From contig CM052816.1 in NCBI GenBank assembly GCA_028534125.1, positions 68,140,001 to 68,204,000 on the forward strand: a stretch of 64,000 nucleotides of DNA. Reading direction: 5' to 3'. A program made the translations under genes and the position numbers. This DNA comes from Lama glama. Taxonomy: Eukaryota. Below, piece after piece: positions 13,435-25,979 of this stretch. The first letter of the stretch is position 1; every line of letters starts with the position of its first letter. Under the pieces are notes generated by a model. It saw only the letters and a list, made by a program, of their open reading frames with translations, ran no database searches and was not told where the DNA came from.

Positions 13435-13595
13435 AGGTGCTTCTCAAACTTTAATATGCATGTGAGTCACTTGGAGATCATTGTTAAAATTCAGGTTCTG
13501 ATTCAGCAGGTTTGGGCTTGGGCATGAGATTTTGCATTTTTAAAAGTCCTCAAATGATGCTAGTACTTCTGATGGACCACACTTTGAGTGCATAG
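13435..13595. mobile_element. MER5-type hAT-Charlie MITE
   Basis: 'gcttctcaaactttaatatgcatgtgagtcacttggagat...ggaccacactttgag'. Confidence 0.8.
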
Positions 13596-13947
13596 GGTGC
13601 ATGAGGTAAAGCAAGGCTCTGAGGAACATACATAGGTAGACCAAGTGGTCACTTACACAGTGAGATTGAAGTTACAGAATTTAAGGCTTTCAGTCTTCTG
13701 CAAAGTATCCTCCCACAACCTGTCATTCCATCATCATGGTTTTTATGCCTTTGTCCCTATGAAATTTTTCTGGTCCCAGAAATCCTATGCTAAAATGCAA
13801 ATACTCTTTGATGAAAACATACCTTAAGTTCAGCTAATACCTTAGCAGGGATCCCCTGCAGCCAGGTGGAAACAAAGATAGCAGTTGGGCTATGAGGAAG
13901 GTTACAGTATGATGCTTCAGGGAGGGCTGCTGTTCAAAAGAAAGGAC

Positions 13948-14480
13948 TATCAGATAGGAGTGCTTTTAGTTGCGAGTAACAAAAAAACTGAATTAAGGGT
14001 GATTTAAGCAATACAGATATTTACTCATCTCACCTGAGAAGTTTAGCAGCTCAGGGCTCTATCATATCATCAAGAATCTAGGTTCTTTCTGTCTTCTAAC
14101 CCCCAGTTTCTCCATCTTTGGTTATTCTCTCTTTATCTTTGTGTTTATTGCCTCATGGCCCCACAATGGCTGCTACAGTTTCAGGTATCACTTGCACTTT
14201 GAAAATGGAAGGAAAAGAAAAGAACTTCACAAGCCACATCTGTGGCTTTTACTAGGAAAGCGAAATTCTTAGCAAAAGTTTCAATCAAGCCTTCCTTTAA
14301 ACCAATCACTGGCAAAGGGGAATGGGGTTACCCTGGGCTTAGAGTAAGCCTGACTCACTCTCTTGAGGTTAGAAGAGGGGCCTATCCTTCCCCATAACAA
14401 AGCAAATCCATTTATTACAAAATCAGGGAATGAAATGTGGGGCAAATGGCATTGAGTAGACTATGAACAGTGCCTGCCCC
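13948..14480 (-). mobile_element. old MaLR LTR, MLT1K/L-like
   Basis: 'tgcttttagttgcgagtaacaaaaa', 'atggctgctacagtttcaggtatcac', 'aaaccaatcactggcaaaggggaatgggg'. Confidence 0.65.
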
Positions 14481-14809
14481 TAGGAAGAAACCAGTTCATG
14501 CTAGTAAGAGAGGCAGCAATACACCAGAGCCCAATTTCACCTGTGCCTCAATCTGCCTCTAACACCCACCTCCTGATATCTCCCTATGACTTCTTCACTT
14601 TAGAACAGAAACACTCGTTTGACCTTCACTTTGAGTTCATAAAGGCTGTGCTAGGGGAAGAACGTATGGTGGGTACTTGATTAGTATTTGCTGATTGATC
14701 AAAACAGGAATGTTAGAAGTGATTTGAAGTGTTGAGAGAAAGACATGGAAAAAGATACGTAGAAGTAATGGGTCTAGCTCTTTGAATAAAACAGATCTTC
14801 TAATAAAAA

Positions 14810-14970
14810 CATCTTATTTAAACCTCAAAATAATCCTGTGAGGTAAGGAGTATTTTCTACATTTTATAGATCAGAACTCAGAGTGACTAAGAATCTGGCC
14901 CCAAGCCACAGTTTGTAACTGGAAGATTTGGGATTACAGTGAACTCTCTGATTCCAGTGCTCTGTACCCT
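14810..14970 (-). mobile_element. MIR fragment
   Basis: 'aatcctgtgaggtaaggagtattttctacattttataga'. Confidence 0.6.
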
Positions 14971-15111
14971 CACACTGATACTTATACGTTCAGGCGAGGG
15001 TCTTGCTCAGAGTTGTCAACTTGTGAATTTTATACTTACTCAAGGGGTCTCCTTTGATGACAAATTCTTTACACCCCCTCCTTTGAAATTGCCTTCAAGT
15101 CTGCTTACTGG

Positions 15112-15166
15112 ATACACACACACATGCACGCATGCACGCGCACACACACACACACACACACACACA
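15112..15166. repeat. (CA)n/(CG)-mixed alternating purine-pyrimidine microsatellite
   Basis: direct reading. Confidence 0.95.
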
Positions 15167-15999
15167 GTGGAGATGGGGAGAAGGTTGTATTACTTTAAGG
15201 CGGTTACATCTCAAAACCATGAAGTTCCAGATCTACATTATCAAATGTACAGCTCTAACTTGGAACACCTCTTACTCTTTCCCTTTATCTCTGCCTCTGC
15301 TCCACCAGTCATAGTTATCATCCTCCTCTTTCAAAATTATTACAGATTTTTTGAGGAAATTTTAGAACAGAAATAAAAATTCACTCTAGGGCTACATTAA
15401 AATTTTCATCATTGTATTTGCCTTCCTCAACTTACTAGTAATTTTCCTACATTAGATCTTTATTCACTCCAGATACAAAAAGCTTTCCACAGTCTCATTG
15501 GGTATCTTGTCTGATGGGAATCCAAGTCAGGCAATTACAAGACTCTAGTGGAGGGCGTCTCATTTGGGCCAGCTTGTCTACTGATTTGTTTCTACCCCTA
15601 TTGATTAAATTTCTTTTGAGTTGCCTCCAGCAATTAGGCATTCAGATCCTCGAGGCAAGGATCAGTGCTAGGACCCCCACCAGAAACAGATGTCTGAGAC
15701 ACATATCCTATTCTTTTAACTTCAGGCCCCTCTGTTCTGCCTGGTGGGGAAATGACTTGGCTTCTGTTGGTGCAGTTGGTATTCCCTGGCCTCTATGTAC
15801 CTGCGATGGGCTGTCTGTCCCCTTTTCTAAGCTGTGGCAAGTGTTTTGATAGAATGAGAATGTCCCATTCCTTTGCACAGCCTTTTCCAGAGGGGGAAAA
15901 CACAGATAATGCCTTTCTAAAGTGCTAAGATGAGCTATGGCAAAAGGAAAAAGGGAAGAAGGGAAATGAAGAAAGAAGAGAGAGGAAGGAAACCAATTC

Positions 16000-16210
16000 T
16001 CACTATATGCTGGGAACAGGCCTAGGTGTTTCGGCATACTTTACATCATTCCATCCTCACAAGCCCAAGAAGTGGGCATTACTTTTTATATTTTACAGAT
16101 GGGTATATTGAGGCTCAGAAAGGCTGAGAAAATTGGTCCAGGTCACACAGTGTGTAAATGGAAAATCTGGAATTTGAATAATCTCTCTGAGTCCAGATCT
16201 TCTTTCCATA
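16000..16210 (-). mobile_element. MIR fragment
   Basis: 'attttacagatgggtatattgaggctcagaaaggctgag...ccaggtcacacag'. Confidence 0.8.
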
Positions 16211-17184
16211 ACAATTTGATGTTTTGGATGCCTAGGACACTGTTTTGGAAAAGGCATGGAAAATGGAGAGATTCTGTCCTCTTACTTATGCTACAGATTT
16301 CAAATTATCTCAGTGTTTTCCAGAAATAATGTGTAGATGATGGTAATCCCTGGGGTAAGTCCCTGGGGTAATCCCTAACATGCTATGGAAAGCAAAGACA
16401 TGGTATTTTTAGTCCTTTGGCTGCACAGATTGGAGCATAGGAATACAATGTCCAGAAGACACAGGGCTAAGATAAATGAATATAGCCCTGGAGATCCCTT
16501 TCCTTACTGAAATCCTTTTAATGAACTTCCTAGGCTCCAAACTCTAGGAATCTCTTTCCCTTAGCAGTTGAGGGATTCAGTCTCTGAACTGGCCAGGCCT
16601 CTGTTCCAGCTTCAAGCTCCCTCTTCTCATATACAGGCCAAGAGTCAGAGCTCTGCTGGGCTGGGAGTCACACCAGGCACAAAGCAGCCTTGGCCTTTCT
16701 GGCTGCCCCTTATATACTTGGGAGCACCCTTCTCTCTTCTTACATTACCTCCCTTTCAATTCCATCTTCTGACCCTATGTGGGTATAACCTTCAAGACGT
16801 CAGCATCTGAAACTATTTAGGAGACCTGGCTCTAGAAATGAGTTGCTTGGGAGAAGCATTGATGCTAAAAAAAAACAATTATTGCTGTGTTTCACCTTTC
16901 TCTACCCCCATACTATCATCCAGACTTATTAATGTAAGGTATGTACTTATCTTACACACAAACACAATCCAATTTTACATGGAGGTATTTATTTCCTTGT
17001 CTTTGTATCAACAGTCCTAGGCCAAGTGAATGCTCTGCTCTCTGAAGAAACCCTTTGGCTGTTAAGTCTAATTTGATGTGATGAGATTGGAGGTGGTGAG
17101 GAGATCGGGTGCAGAAATCATAGGAAACTCAGTGTGACACTTACCAAGTGAGCAGAGCAAAGTCCCTTAAGGGAACACTGGGGA

Positions 17185-17370
17185 GGAATGGTAGAAGCAG
17201 GGACTTTTAAGTCGAAGAACACTGGGTCAGAATCCTGCTCTCCACTGACAATGTGAATTGCTGTGGTGGACCTCTCTGTGATTTAGTGCCCTCATCTTTT
17301 AAATGGGAACTGCAGTCTCCACTGAACACAATGTTGGGAGAATTAAATAGAATAACCTTTGTATGGCAGC
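17185..17370 (+). mobile_element. MIR fragment
   Basis: 'ctgggtcagaatcctgctctcc...cctcatcttttaaatggga...gagaattaaatag'. Confidence 0.6.
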
Positions 17371-18654
17371 TGTGGTCATTATTATGATGATAAGTAGTTT
17401 ATGCCTGATCATTAGTGGTAGTAGGTCACTATTGTCCTTTTCCATTTCCCCTGTAAAACTCTATTTAGTCATAAACAGTGCAGATTTGCCCCTAGGTCCT
17501 GTGGCAAGTGCCCAGTTTTCCTTTGGGGGAGCATACTTGTCTGTCAGAATCCAGCACAGGATGATGCCTGAGGTGGAGTGGATGGGAAGGTAGAATTTCC
17601 GAGTGATTCAAAACCATACACTATTTGTTCTACCAGAGAGCATTTTCCCCCTATTCCATCCCCCTTCTTACCAATCTTCCAGTAAGTGGCCTGCTAGGTA
17701 AGATACAGCTCTGTGGGCAAGAAACAAGTGGACATGTCATAGGGACTAAGACTGAGGCACCATTTGCACTCCTCAACCCAGCTCCAGCAGTCTCCTTGGT
17801 GATGGGAGAGGAGGGCCAACAGAACACACACCCTATGTGGACAGAATGCACAAAAGAAGGAAAGAGGCTGCTGGCATGGACACAAAGACCCTCTTGGAGA
17901 TGGCAGAACTTACCACAGTGTGCCCTGCTGCCAACCTCCAGCACTCTTTTAGGAAATCCTAACTCAATATCTGCTAAGTGGCCCGAGGACATCTGGCCAG
18001 AAAATACACCATAAGCCCCTTCACAGTTCACCCATACCAGCCATATGTAGCTACTCAGAACTAGCACAAGCCAGTTCTCTTGGCTGTGGCAGGGTTTACA
18101 CCAGGGACAGGAGGACACATGTGGACACAGACAGCTCTGCGAGCTGGAAGTCCACACGGGATTGATGTACCTTCTGTTACCACAATGTGAGACGAATGGG
18201 AAGCTCCAAATTTCCAGGTGGGAGAGGCTAGGCTGTGTTTCAAGAAGAGATAGTAATGTCTGGTGCTCACCTCCTGTGTCTTCCACACATTTTCTGCTCT
18301 TCTCTGAATTGAAACAAAGGAGAACCTCAAGAGCAAGACCAAGAATAAATGCTTCAGGTACATCCTTATGACCACACAGAAGCTCTTACAAATAAACTTT
18401 AGTGTTATTCCACATAGGGACATAAAAAACACAAAATGTAAGTGCTGCTCTGAGGACAAACATCTCCAAGTTGAACAGGGAATGCAAAACAATGAGAGGA
18501 GACTTAACGTGTGAAAACTTTGCTCTAAATTATAACAAAGTATGCTAGATGTAGAGATGCGTCATTAGGTCTTGTAAGAACTAAAAATAGAAACAATCAG
18601 GCAAATCAAACTGAAGTTCATTCTGCCCAACAGTTGGCCTAGACCCTTAAAAAT

Positions 18655-18990
18655 TTCTATGTCATGAAAGACAAAAAGACTGAGGAGCTGGGGAGTGTTC
18701 TAAATTAAAGGAAACTAAAGAAACGATCACTAAATGCAATATTTGATTCTGTATTCTCAGTCCTAGATTTTTTTTAAAAAAAGCTACAAAGGGCAAGTGG
18801 GGAAATTTGAATGTAGAGTGAATAATAGATAGTAGTATTGTATTAGTGTTAAATTTCCTCAATGTGATATTTAGAATGTGACTCTGTAGGAGAATGCTCT
18901 TGTTTTTAAAAGAAATACATTGAAATATATAAGGGTAAAAATGTCACAATGTCTGCAACTAATTCTTAAATGGTTTAGCAAAATAACAAT
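18655..18990 (+). mobile_element. old L1 (L1MC/ME-like) 3' UTR fragment
   Basis: 'gtcatgaaagacaaaaagactgagg...tgttaaatttcct...gtctgcaactaattcttaaatggtt'. Confidence 0.75.
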
Positions 18991-20289
18991 GGTGATGATG
19001 ATAAGCCACACACACACACACACATTTAAAAATATCCCAAGACACTGTTGCCCACATCCCAGACCCAGAGATGATGCTTTGATAAGCACTCACTTCCCAT
19101 TTGCCAGTTGATTACTTAGCAGATCAACAACAGCCTTTTGTTAGAATCTCTCTCCCTCATTCCCATTCTTTCCATCTCACTCACTCCCCAACACAATCAC
19201 TCTCCGAAGGGGTCCAGGAAAGATATTTTTCACTCCCGTTTAGTTAAGGCAGGATTGCAGCGCAAGGAGTAAGTGTGGACAGTCTCACAGTGAGTCTGTG
19301 GTTGGGCCAAGACTAGGACCGTGGACATTAGACCTCTGCTGTAATCATTAGTCAACATGTCCTCTCTTGACCATCCATAATGAAGGTGGCTGTAGTCTCT
19401 ATAGTAACCAATCTACCTGAAACAGGAATTATGTGGGGAACAAAACATTTAAAGCCAATTGGATCCTTTCATACTCAGTATCAATTTAAGGGCTGTTACC
19501 CAAGTTGTTGGCTTTTTTAATGGTCTCCCACCATGGGCTCAAGGAAAGGCAGTGGAGGGGGTTGCTGTATGGTCCATTCCATACAGAATCGTGCATGCTG
19601 TTACCCTCTTTCTCATCTTCAAACAGTCTTTATGTTCCAGGATCATAAGCCCTTAAAGCAAACTTTTCATCAAGGCAGTTTTATGTCCACAAGACTTAGA
19701 CAAAAGTGGAAGTCTGAGAATCTCTTATAGGCAAAGGAAGCTTCCCAAAGAAGAAATGGGTCCAAGTCCCTCACAGAAACCTGGCAACTTCATGCATTAT
19801 CTTCTGTTTACAAGGTGGGGCTTTGAACAATTCTACTGAGTCAACTTCCCCAGTGGGGTCTTTGGGAAGGAAATGAAATAGTGTTTGGAACCAGAGCTGA
19901 TATGGCACAAAAATGGGGAATGGAAGAGTCTAGCCCCTTGTAATGAGCACCTGCCTCATAGGGTTTGTGGGGATTCATTGGGGATACCCAGAAAGTATAT
20001 TAATATGGGTTCCATATAGCTAATGTTATTTCATTGTCATTATTATTATTAATTCCATATGTTAGACATAACTTTTGGTTTCTACCCTGGAAAACATCTA
20101 TCCATCTTGCCCCTAGTTTGTCATCCCTCATTTTGGAACAGTGTTTGACTTCTGAAATACTACTCGTATAGGGAGTGTTATCGCCTGTACTATCAGGAAG
20201 CCCAGAGTTTTTATTTTTTAACTTTCCCACATGGGAAAAGACAAGCGGTGATACTCATTGCTCTTTTGATTTTTTTTTTCTTTTTTCTT

Positions 20290-21150
20290 CTATTCAGGCA
20301 ACGTTTATTGACTAAGAGCCTGATATCAGGCCTGAAGTCTGGTTGCTCACTTGGATACAAGTGCCTTTAAGGAGCTCATAATGGGAAATAAATGACAGAC
20401 ATGTAACCAGTTGAATTACAGCACAGCTAGGCTTGCCAGACTTAACAAATAAAAATTAGGATTCTCAGTTAAATTTGCAATTCAGATACATGACTAATAA
20501 TGCTTAGTATAAATATGTTCCAAATATTTCTTAAGACCTACAAATAACAAAAACTATTTATTATTTGAAATTCAAAAGTGGGCATCTGTATTGTATCTAA
20601 CTATCCTAATTTATACTACAGAGTCGCTGCTATCAATGAACATTAACAGAAAGGAGCTATGGGAGCGCAAAGGCCTGAACAAACAATACCTGTATCCTTC
20701 ACAGAGGAGACAATGTAAATGAGGACTTAAGATAAGAAATAAGGTTTTCCAGGTAACAAAACCAGGAAGAACCTGCACCTACCAGTGGCCTGAAGGACAA
20801 ACCAGGTCACAATGTTTGGGAAATTGTGAGACATGTAGGAAAGTAGGAGCATAGATGTCCATATGGATAAGTGGCTTGAGTTCAGCTAAGGAGATTGAAT
20901 AGCATAGAAAAGGCCTTGGGGCTCCTAGATTTTATGCCAGGAAGTGGCAGAGTCAGACTTCTGTAGCGTGGAAGAGAATGAACCAAAGCAAGAGAAAGTT
21001 AAGATGAGCAGTGAGGAGGCTGTTACAGTCATTCAAGGAAAGTTCCCGACAAGGACTGAAACTAAGCCAATGGCTCTGGAGATAAGAAGAGCAGCCAAAT
21101 TGGAGAGCTGATGAGTCAGGCTTGTCAGAGTCTGTTGATGGACACGGCAG
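20290..21150 (-). mobile_element. degraded L2, interrupted by MER53
   Basis: reverse L2 tail 'attcaggcaacgtttattgact' followed by purine-rich L2 body. Confidence 0.55.
20428..20608. mobile_element. MER53 palindromic hAT MITE
   Basis: 'taggcttgccagacttaacaaataaaaattaggattctcagttaaatttg...tgaaattcaaaagtgggcatctgtatt...ccta'. Confidence 0.8.
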
Positions 21151-21810
21151 TTGGCCATGGCAAGCATGTTTCTGCAGTGTGTAGCTTGGGAGACAGGCAG
21201 ACTAATGATGCTGTGTTTAGCTATAAACAGTACCATGTATGTATACAAGTTAACTCCAGCCTAGCAATTTAGCAGCAGTTAGTTAACATTCAAAGTCTCC
21301 TAATGAGGAATCTACCCTTCAGGGGTAGTTAATTAGCAATTGGGAATCCCAGGCAGGAATCAATACCTTTCAGAAGTGGTTACTTAGCACCTCAAATTGT
21401 GTGTAAATCTACTCCAGCAGCTTTGTTACTCAGCATACGGGCTAGGTGATAATTTAGGAGTGAGAATCTGACAAGCCAGCTTTAACTTCAGATTTCGGTC
21501 CTGCATCTTTTAACTTCATGGAGACTTTGACCTTCTTCTAAGGCTGGCCCATTCTGCCTTTGAAATATCTTTGCCTTTGTTTTTCATGCTTATGAATAGA
21601 TATTAATACATCTGCCAAAATTTGATCTAAGACTCAACTTTCATTTAGCATCATTTCATTTAACATCCTCTGGGAGTGAGGTTGTGAATAAGGGATCTCA
21701 CAGTGCCCGCCACACGCACCACTCCCACTGGATGCCATCACAGTATTTATGTGTATCAGGGGAACATTAGATACTTGCTGTATGACCAAACTGACTTAAG
21801 TCCATTCAAA

Positions 21811-21944
21811 ACACACATTTATGAGGAGGAGGTAATTAGGTTTATTCATTTATTTATATTTGGAGGAGGTATTGGGGATTCAACCCAGGACCTCGTGCAT
21901 GCAAAGCATGCACCCTACTACTTGAGCTATACCCTCCCCAACCC
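21811..21944 (-). mobile_element. tRNA-derived SINE, camelid Vic-1-like, with 12-bp TSD
   Basis: reverse strand ggggagggtatagctcaagtagtagggtgcatgctttgcatgcacgaggtcctgggttgaatcccc; TSD agtccattcaaa at 21799-21810 and 21945-21956. Confidence 0.9.
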
Positions 21945-23119
21945 AGTCCATTCAAATAGGTGCTACTAGAAATTAACTCTAGGTAGAAGTAAGGAAATGC
22001 TTCCTTTAAAAATCGTGGAACTCAACTTGCACCCCTGCCCTGCAGGTTTAGCCTCATCCAGAACAGACCTTACTCTACGCCTCCTGTAGGGATGCCCCTT
22101 ATTCAGCCCTCAGGGAACCAGATTTAATCAATGACATTCAGCTGAAGAAACATGATCATACATGATGACTTCCTCAAAAGTCTGCAAAGACTTAAAAAAT
22201 AAAACAAAATCTACTCAAGCATCCCATCACAAATGTGAGCTCCAAATAGAAGATTTTATTGTAAACTCTCCAGACGTTCAGACTCCACTGTTATTTTTGA
22301 AAAGGCATTCCAATAACAGATGCCCCTTCAACTGGGGCATGGTTTGATAGAAAGCAGCAGGCACCATTTAAAAGGAAAAGAAAATAGCTCTCTGAGGCAC
22401 GTCAAAACAAATTAGCTGTGATGCTGAAATTATTTCCTGTTGGGTTTAATAAAGTTAACAAGATAAGTAAATATGAGAACAGCATTAAGAAGCAGAGAAT
22501 AATTTCCCTTCTTTCAGACATTGATAACAATAGATATGGACTTTCATTTGTCTATTTTGGTGTACCACAATGTTCTCATTCCATTTCTATTTTTCAAAAT
22601 TTCCTTAAGACTTTTTTTGAGATGAAGTTATTTATGATATTATGACTGTTTTGAAAGCTAGCTAGAAACCTCTGATTCAAGCATTTGCTGTTTTTCATGT
22701 TCTCTTTCTACATTAAATGTAGTACCACCAATAAATTGATAAACAGTAATTGAGGAAGAGGTTGAAGCTGTTATTTAAATGGCATTTGGAGACTGTATAC
22801 CATTCATTTAATTACATTTTCTTGGTCCCAATTAGCATAAATAATCAAGATGATGGAAAGTTAGAGGACATGGTCCCTTCCCCTAGTAACTTCCAATCTG
22901 AAAATAAGCTTCTCCAAAGACAGTTTTCCTGCTGTTTCCAATCATTACTCCTTAGCTTATGCATGAAGGGCCTTACAGATTTAGGAAGGCACACAGGTCT
23001 TGAGATCATTAGACTGATTTCTAGTTCCAATTCTTTTATTATTGCTTAGTCACTTTATATCTCTGGTACTAATTTCACCATCTGAAAAATCAGAGTAGAA
23101 TCCTTGATAATAAATATCA

Positions 23120-23350
23120 TTCACTAGCATTTAATAAGTGCTGAATGCCCTACTAAGAACTTTACACACATCGTGTAATTGTTGTTGACAATAACCTTTT
23201 AAGTTATAATAACTCTATTTTACCACTGTGGAACTGAGGCTCAGGGAAGTTAAGTAACTTTCCAAAGATCATTCAGCAAGCAAGAGACTAAGCTGGAATT
23301 CAAATCCAGGTTCAATTGAAGTCCAAAGACCACACCTGCTCATAGCCACA
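23120..23350 (-). mobile_element. MIR
   Basis: 'ggaactgaggctcagggaagttaagtaactttccaaagatc...ctggaattcaaatccagg'. Confidence 0.85.
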
Positions 23351-23439
23351 ATGCCTCCCCCGTGAGATACCACCCCCAGCTGCCTTCTAGATCAAACACC
23401 TCAAAGTCCTATGATTCTTCTAAAGTAACTGTTACTTAC

Positions 23440-23950
23440 AAGGAAGAGGAACTACTTTGAGTGACAGAGAGTATGAAAATCTAAAGGAGAGAAATATGGA
23501 ACACAGTGGGAGAAAAAGAAAAATGTTGTATTCTGGTTTGCACATAGTGAATTTGATGTGTTGGCAGAGATGTCCAACAAGCATTTGGAAATTTAGACTA
23601 GTGCAAGGGGCAAAACTGAGAGCTGAAGATAAAGAACTAAATCCCCTGCAAAAAGGTAATGATTGAAACTGAAAGAGAGTGCCAAGGGAGAAAGTATGGA
23701 AAGAGAAAGAGGAGACATCTAAGAGTAGATCCTTGGACTCAAACACACATGGCCACAGGAGAAAAGAGGAGCCAGAGAAAGACAGAGAGAGGATGAACAG
23801 GAGAACCTCAAAGGTGGTGTTTCTGAAGGCCAAGTTGAGAAGAGGTCTGAGATGGGGACGGCATTCCATGCCGAGTGTGCTTCTCCCGCAAGTCAGGAAG
23901 ACTAAGATAAGAAGCCACTAGACTGGACCATTTGGTGACCCTCAAGGGAC
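23440..23950 (-). mobile_element. degraded L2 fragment
   Basis: purine-rich L2-like text, e.g. 'aagtcaggaagactaagataagaagccactagactggaccatttggtgaccct'. Confidence 0.55.
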
Positions 23951-24324
23951 AGGTACAGTGTGCTGGGGATGAAAACCTAAACACGGAAGGTTACAAAGTC
24001 AGACTGGGAAGACCTGGAGACAGTCCATGTGTGGTTTCTCTTTCTAGGATCTGAAGTATCAGGCAAGAGGAATAATGGAGGGACAGAAGGAAAGGAGATA
24101 CCACAAGGAGGGGGTGGGGTATAACTGAAGGGATGAGATCCTGGAGGGAGATCCTGGCGTGTGATGGAGAGGCCATAGTCAAGGGTGTCAAGTGCAGTCC
24201 TCATCTTAAAGAGCAACCACCCATAAACATCAGCCGTCTATCATCTTGGGTCATTGCACCTCAGACCGGGCTCCTGGGGCCATCAGTTTCCATTTCTGGC
24301 CTCCATCATGAACCACTTTTTTAA

Positions 24325-25520
24325 AATTATTTTTTAAATTTTTAATAAAAGTATATATATTTAAACTATACATGATGGTTTGATATTCATATACATAGTG
24401 AAATGATTACTACAATTCAAGCTAATTAATACAGCATCTCTTCACATAGTTACCTCTTGTGGATTTGTGTATGTTGTGTGTGTGTGATAAGAGGACCTGA
24501 AATCTACTGTGTTAGCACATTTCCAGTATGACATACAGTATTATAAACTAAGCCATCACGCTGTGCATTAGATCTCTAGACTCACTCATCCTATAGAACT
24601 GCAGCTTGGTACTCTTATCCAACATCTCCCCATTTCCCCTGCCTCCCTCACCTTGTAACTACCGTTCCACTCTCTGCTTCTATGTATTTGACTTTTTTAG
24701 ATTCCACGTTTAAATGAGGTCATGCGGCTTTCATCTTTATGTCTGGCTTATTTTACTTAGCATAGTATCTTCTAGTTTCATCCATGTTGTTGCAAATGGC
24801 AGAATCTCTTTTTTAAGGCTGGATATTAGTCTGTTGTATATACACCATTGACCCTTGAACAATGCAAGAGTTAGGGTCACCAAGGCCCCAAGTAGTCAAA
24901 AATCCATGTAACTGTATAGTTGGCCCTCATTATCGGCCATTCCTTATCTATGGATGCAGCCAATTGCAAGTCATGTCGTACTGTAATACAAGTTTATTGG
25001 AAAACACCTGCCTATAAGTGGACCTGCACAGTTCAAACTCATACTGTTTGAGAGTCAACTGTAAACACCACAACTTCTCTATCCATTTGTAATGTTGATG
25101 GACAGTTAAGTGTTTCCAAATCTTGGCTGTTGTGAATAATATTGCAGTGAACATGAAAGTGCAGATATCTCTTTGAGGGACTGATTTCATATCCTTTGGA
25201 CAGTATTATACCCAGAAGAGAGATCACTAGATCACATGGCAGTTCTATTTTTAGTTTGTTGAGGGACTTCCATACTGTTTTTCATAGTGACAGCACCAAT
25301 TTATATTCCCATCAGCAATGCACAAGTGTTCCCTTTTCTCCACATCCTCCCCAACTTTTGTTGTCTCATCTTTTTTGAGAACAGCCATTCCAATGTGTGT
25401 GAAGTAATATCTTATTGTGATCTTAATTTACATTTCTCTGATGATTAGTGACATTGGCCAACAGGTATATGAAAAGATGTTCACTGTATGTCTTCTTTGG
25501 AAAAATGTCAATTCAGGTCC
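24325..25520 (-). mobile_element. 5'-truncated L1 (L1MA-like) carrying a nested Tigger MITE and a micro-inversion
   Basis: L1 3' UTR 'atacatagtgaaatgattactac...tttagattccac' and ORF2 tail 'ttttccatagt/ttttcatagt...tattcccatcagcaatg'. Confidence 0.9.
24845..25061. mobile_element. TcMar-Tigger (Tigger2/3-related) MITE
   Basis: TIRs 'ttgacccttgaacaa' and 'tgtttgagagtcaactg', followed by TA; the L1 sequence resumes on both sides. Confidence 0.85.
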
Positions 25521-25539
25521 AAGTACTGCTTCTTTAGAG

Positions 25540-25735
25540 AACCATGGAATGCTATGAATTTTAGAATCAGAAGTAACCTTAGCTATCCAAACCCACTCAA
25601 TTTTGCATTTAAGGGAGCTGAGGCCCGGAGTGGTAAACCTGCCCAACATCACAAGACTTGTTAGTGACAGAGCCAGGATAAACATTTAGATACATTAATT
25701 CTGAGCCTGGACTTTTTTCCTTCATACCACAGTAC
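25540..25735 (-). mobile_element. MIR
   Basis: 'gagctgaggcccggagtggtaaacctgcccaacatcacaagacttgttagtgacagagccagga'. Confidence 0.75.
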
Positions 25736-25979
25736 TTCCAAGTACATAAAACTTTTTTCAACTTTCTTTCAAAAAATTAATCCTTTAGGCTTTGTGATAT
25801 GTATGGAGGAAGGGATGCCTATCTTCTATTTGTCTGACTTTGTGAGATTGATGTTTCCATTTTCCTCATATACATAATGCTGTTTAAACCTCACCATAGT
25901 TTGCATCACTGTCACCTCTTTAGGGCCTTAAGCCACAAGTAAGAAGTTCATTCAAGAAATGACTAACTAAATAAATACA

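Noticed and set aside
17625..18492. Overlapping 129-211 aa ORFs in unique sequence
   Set aside because: No recognisable domain, ORFs on both strands, no convincing exon structure; consistent with chance.
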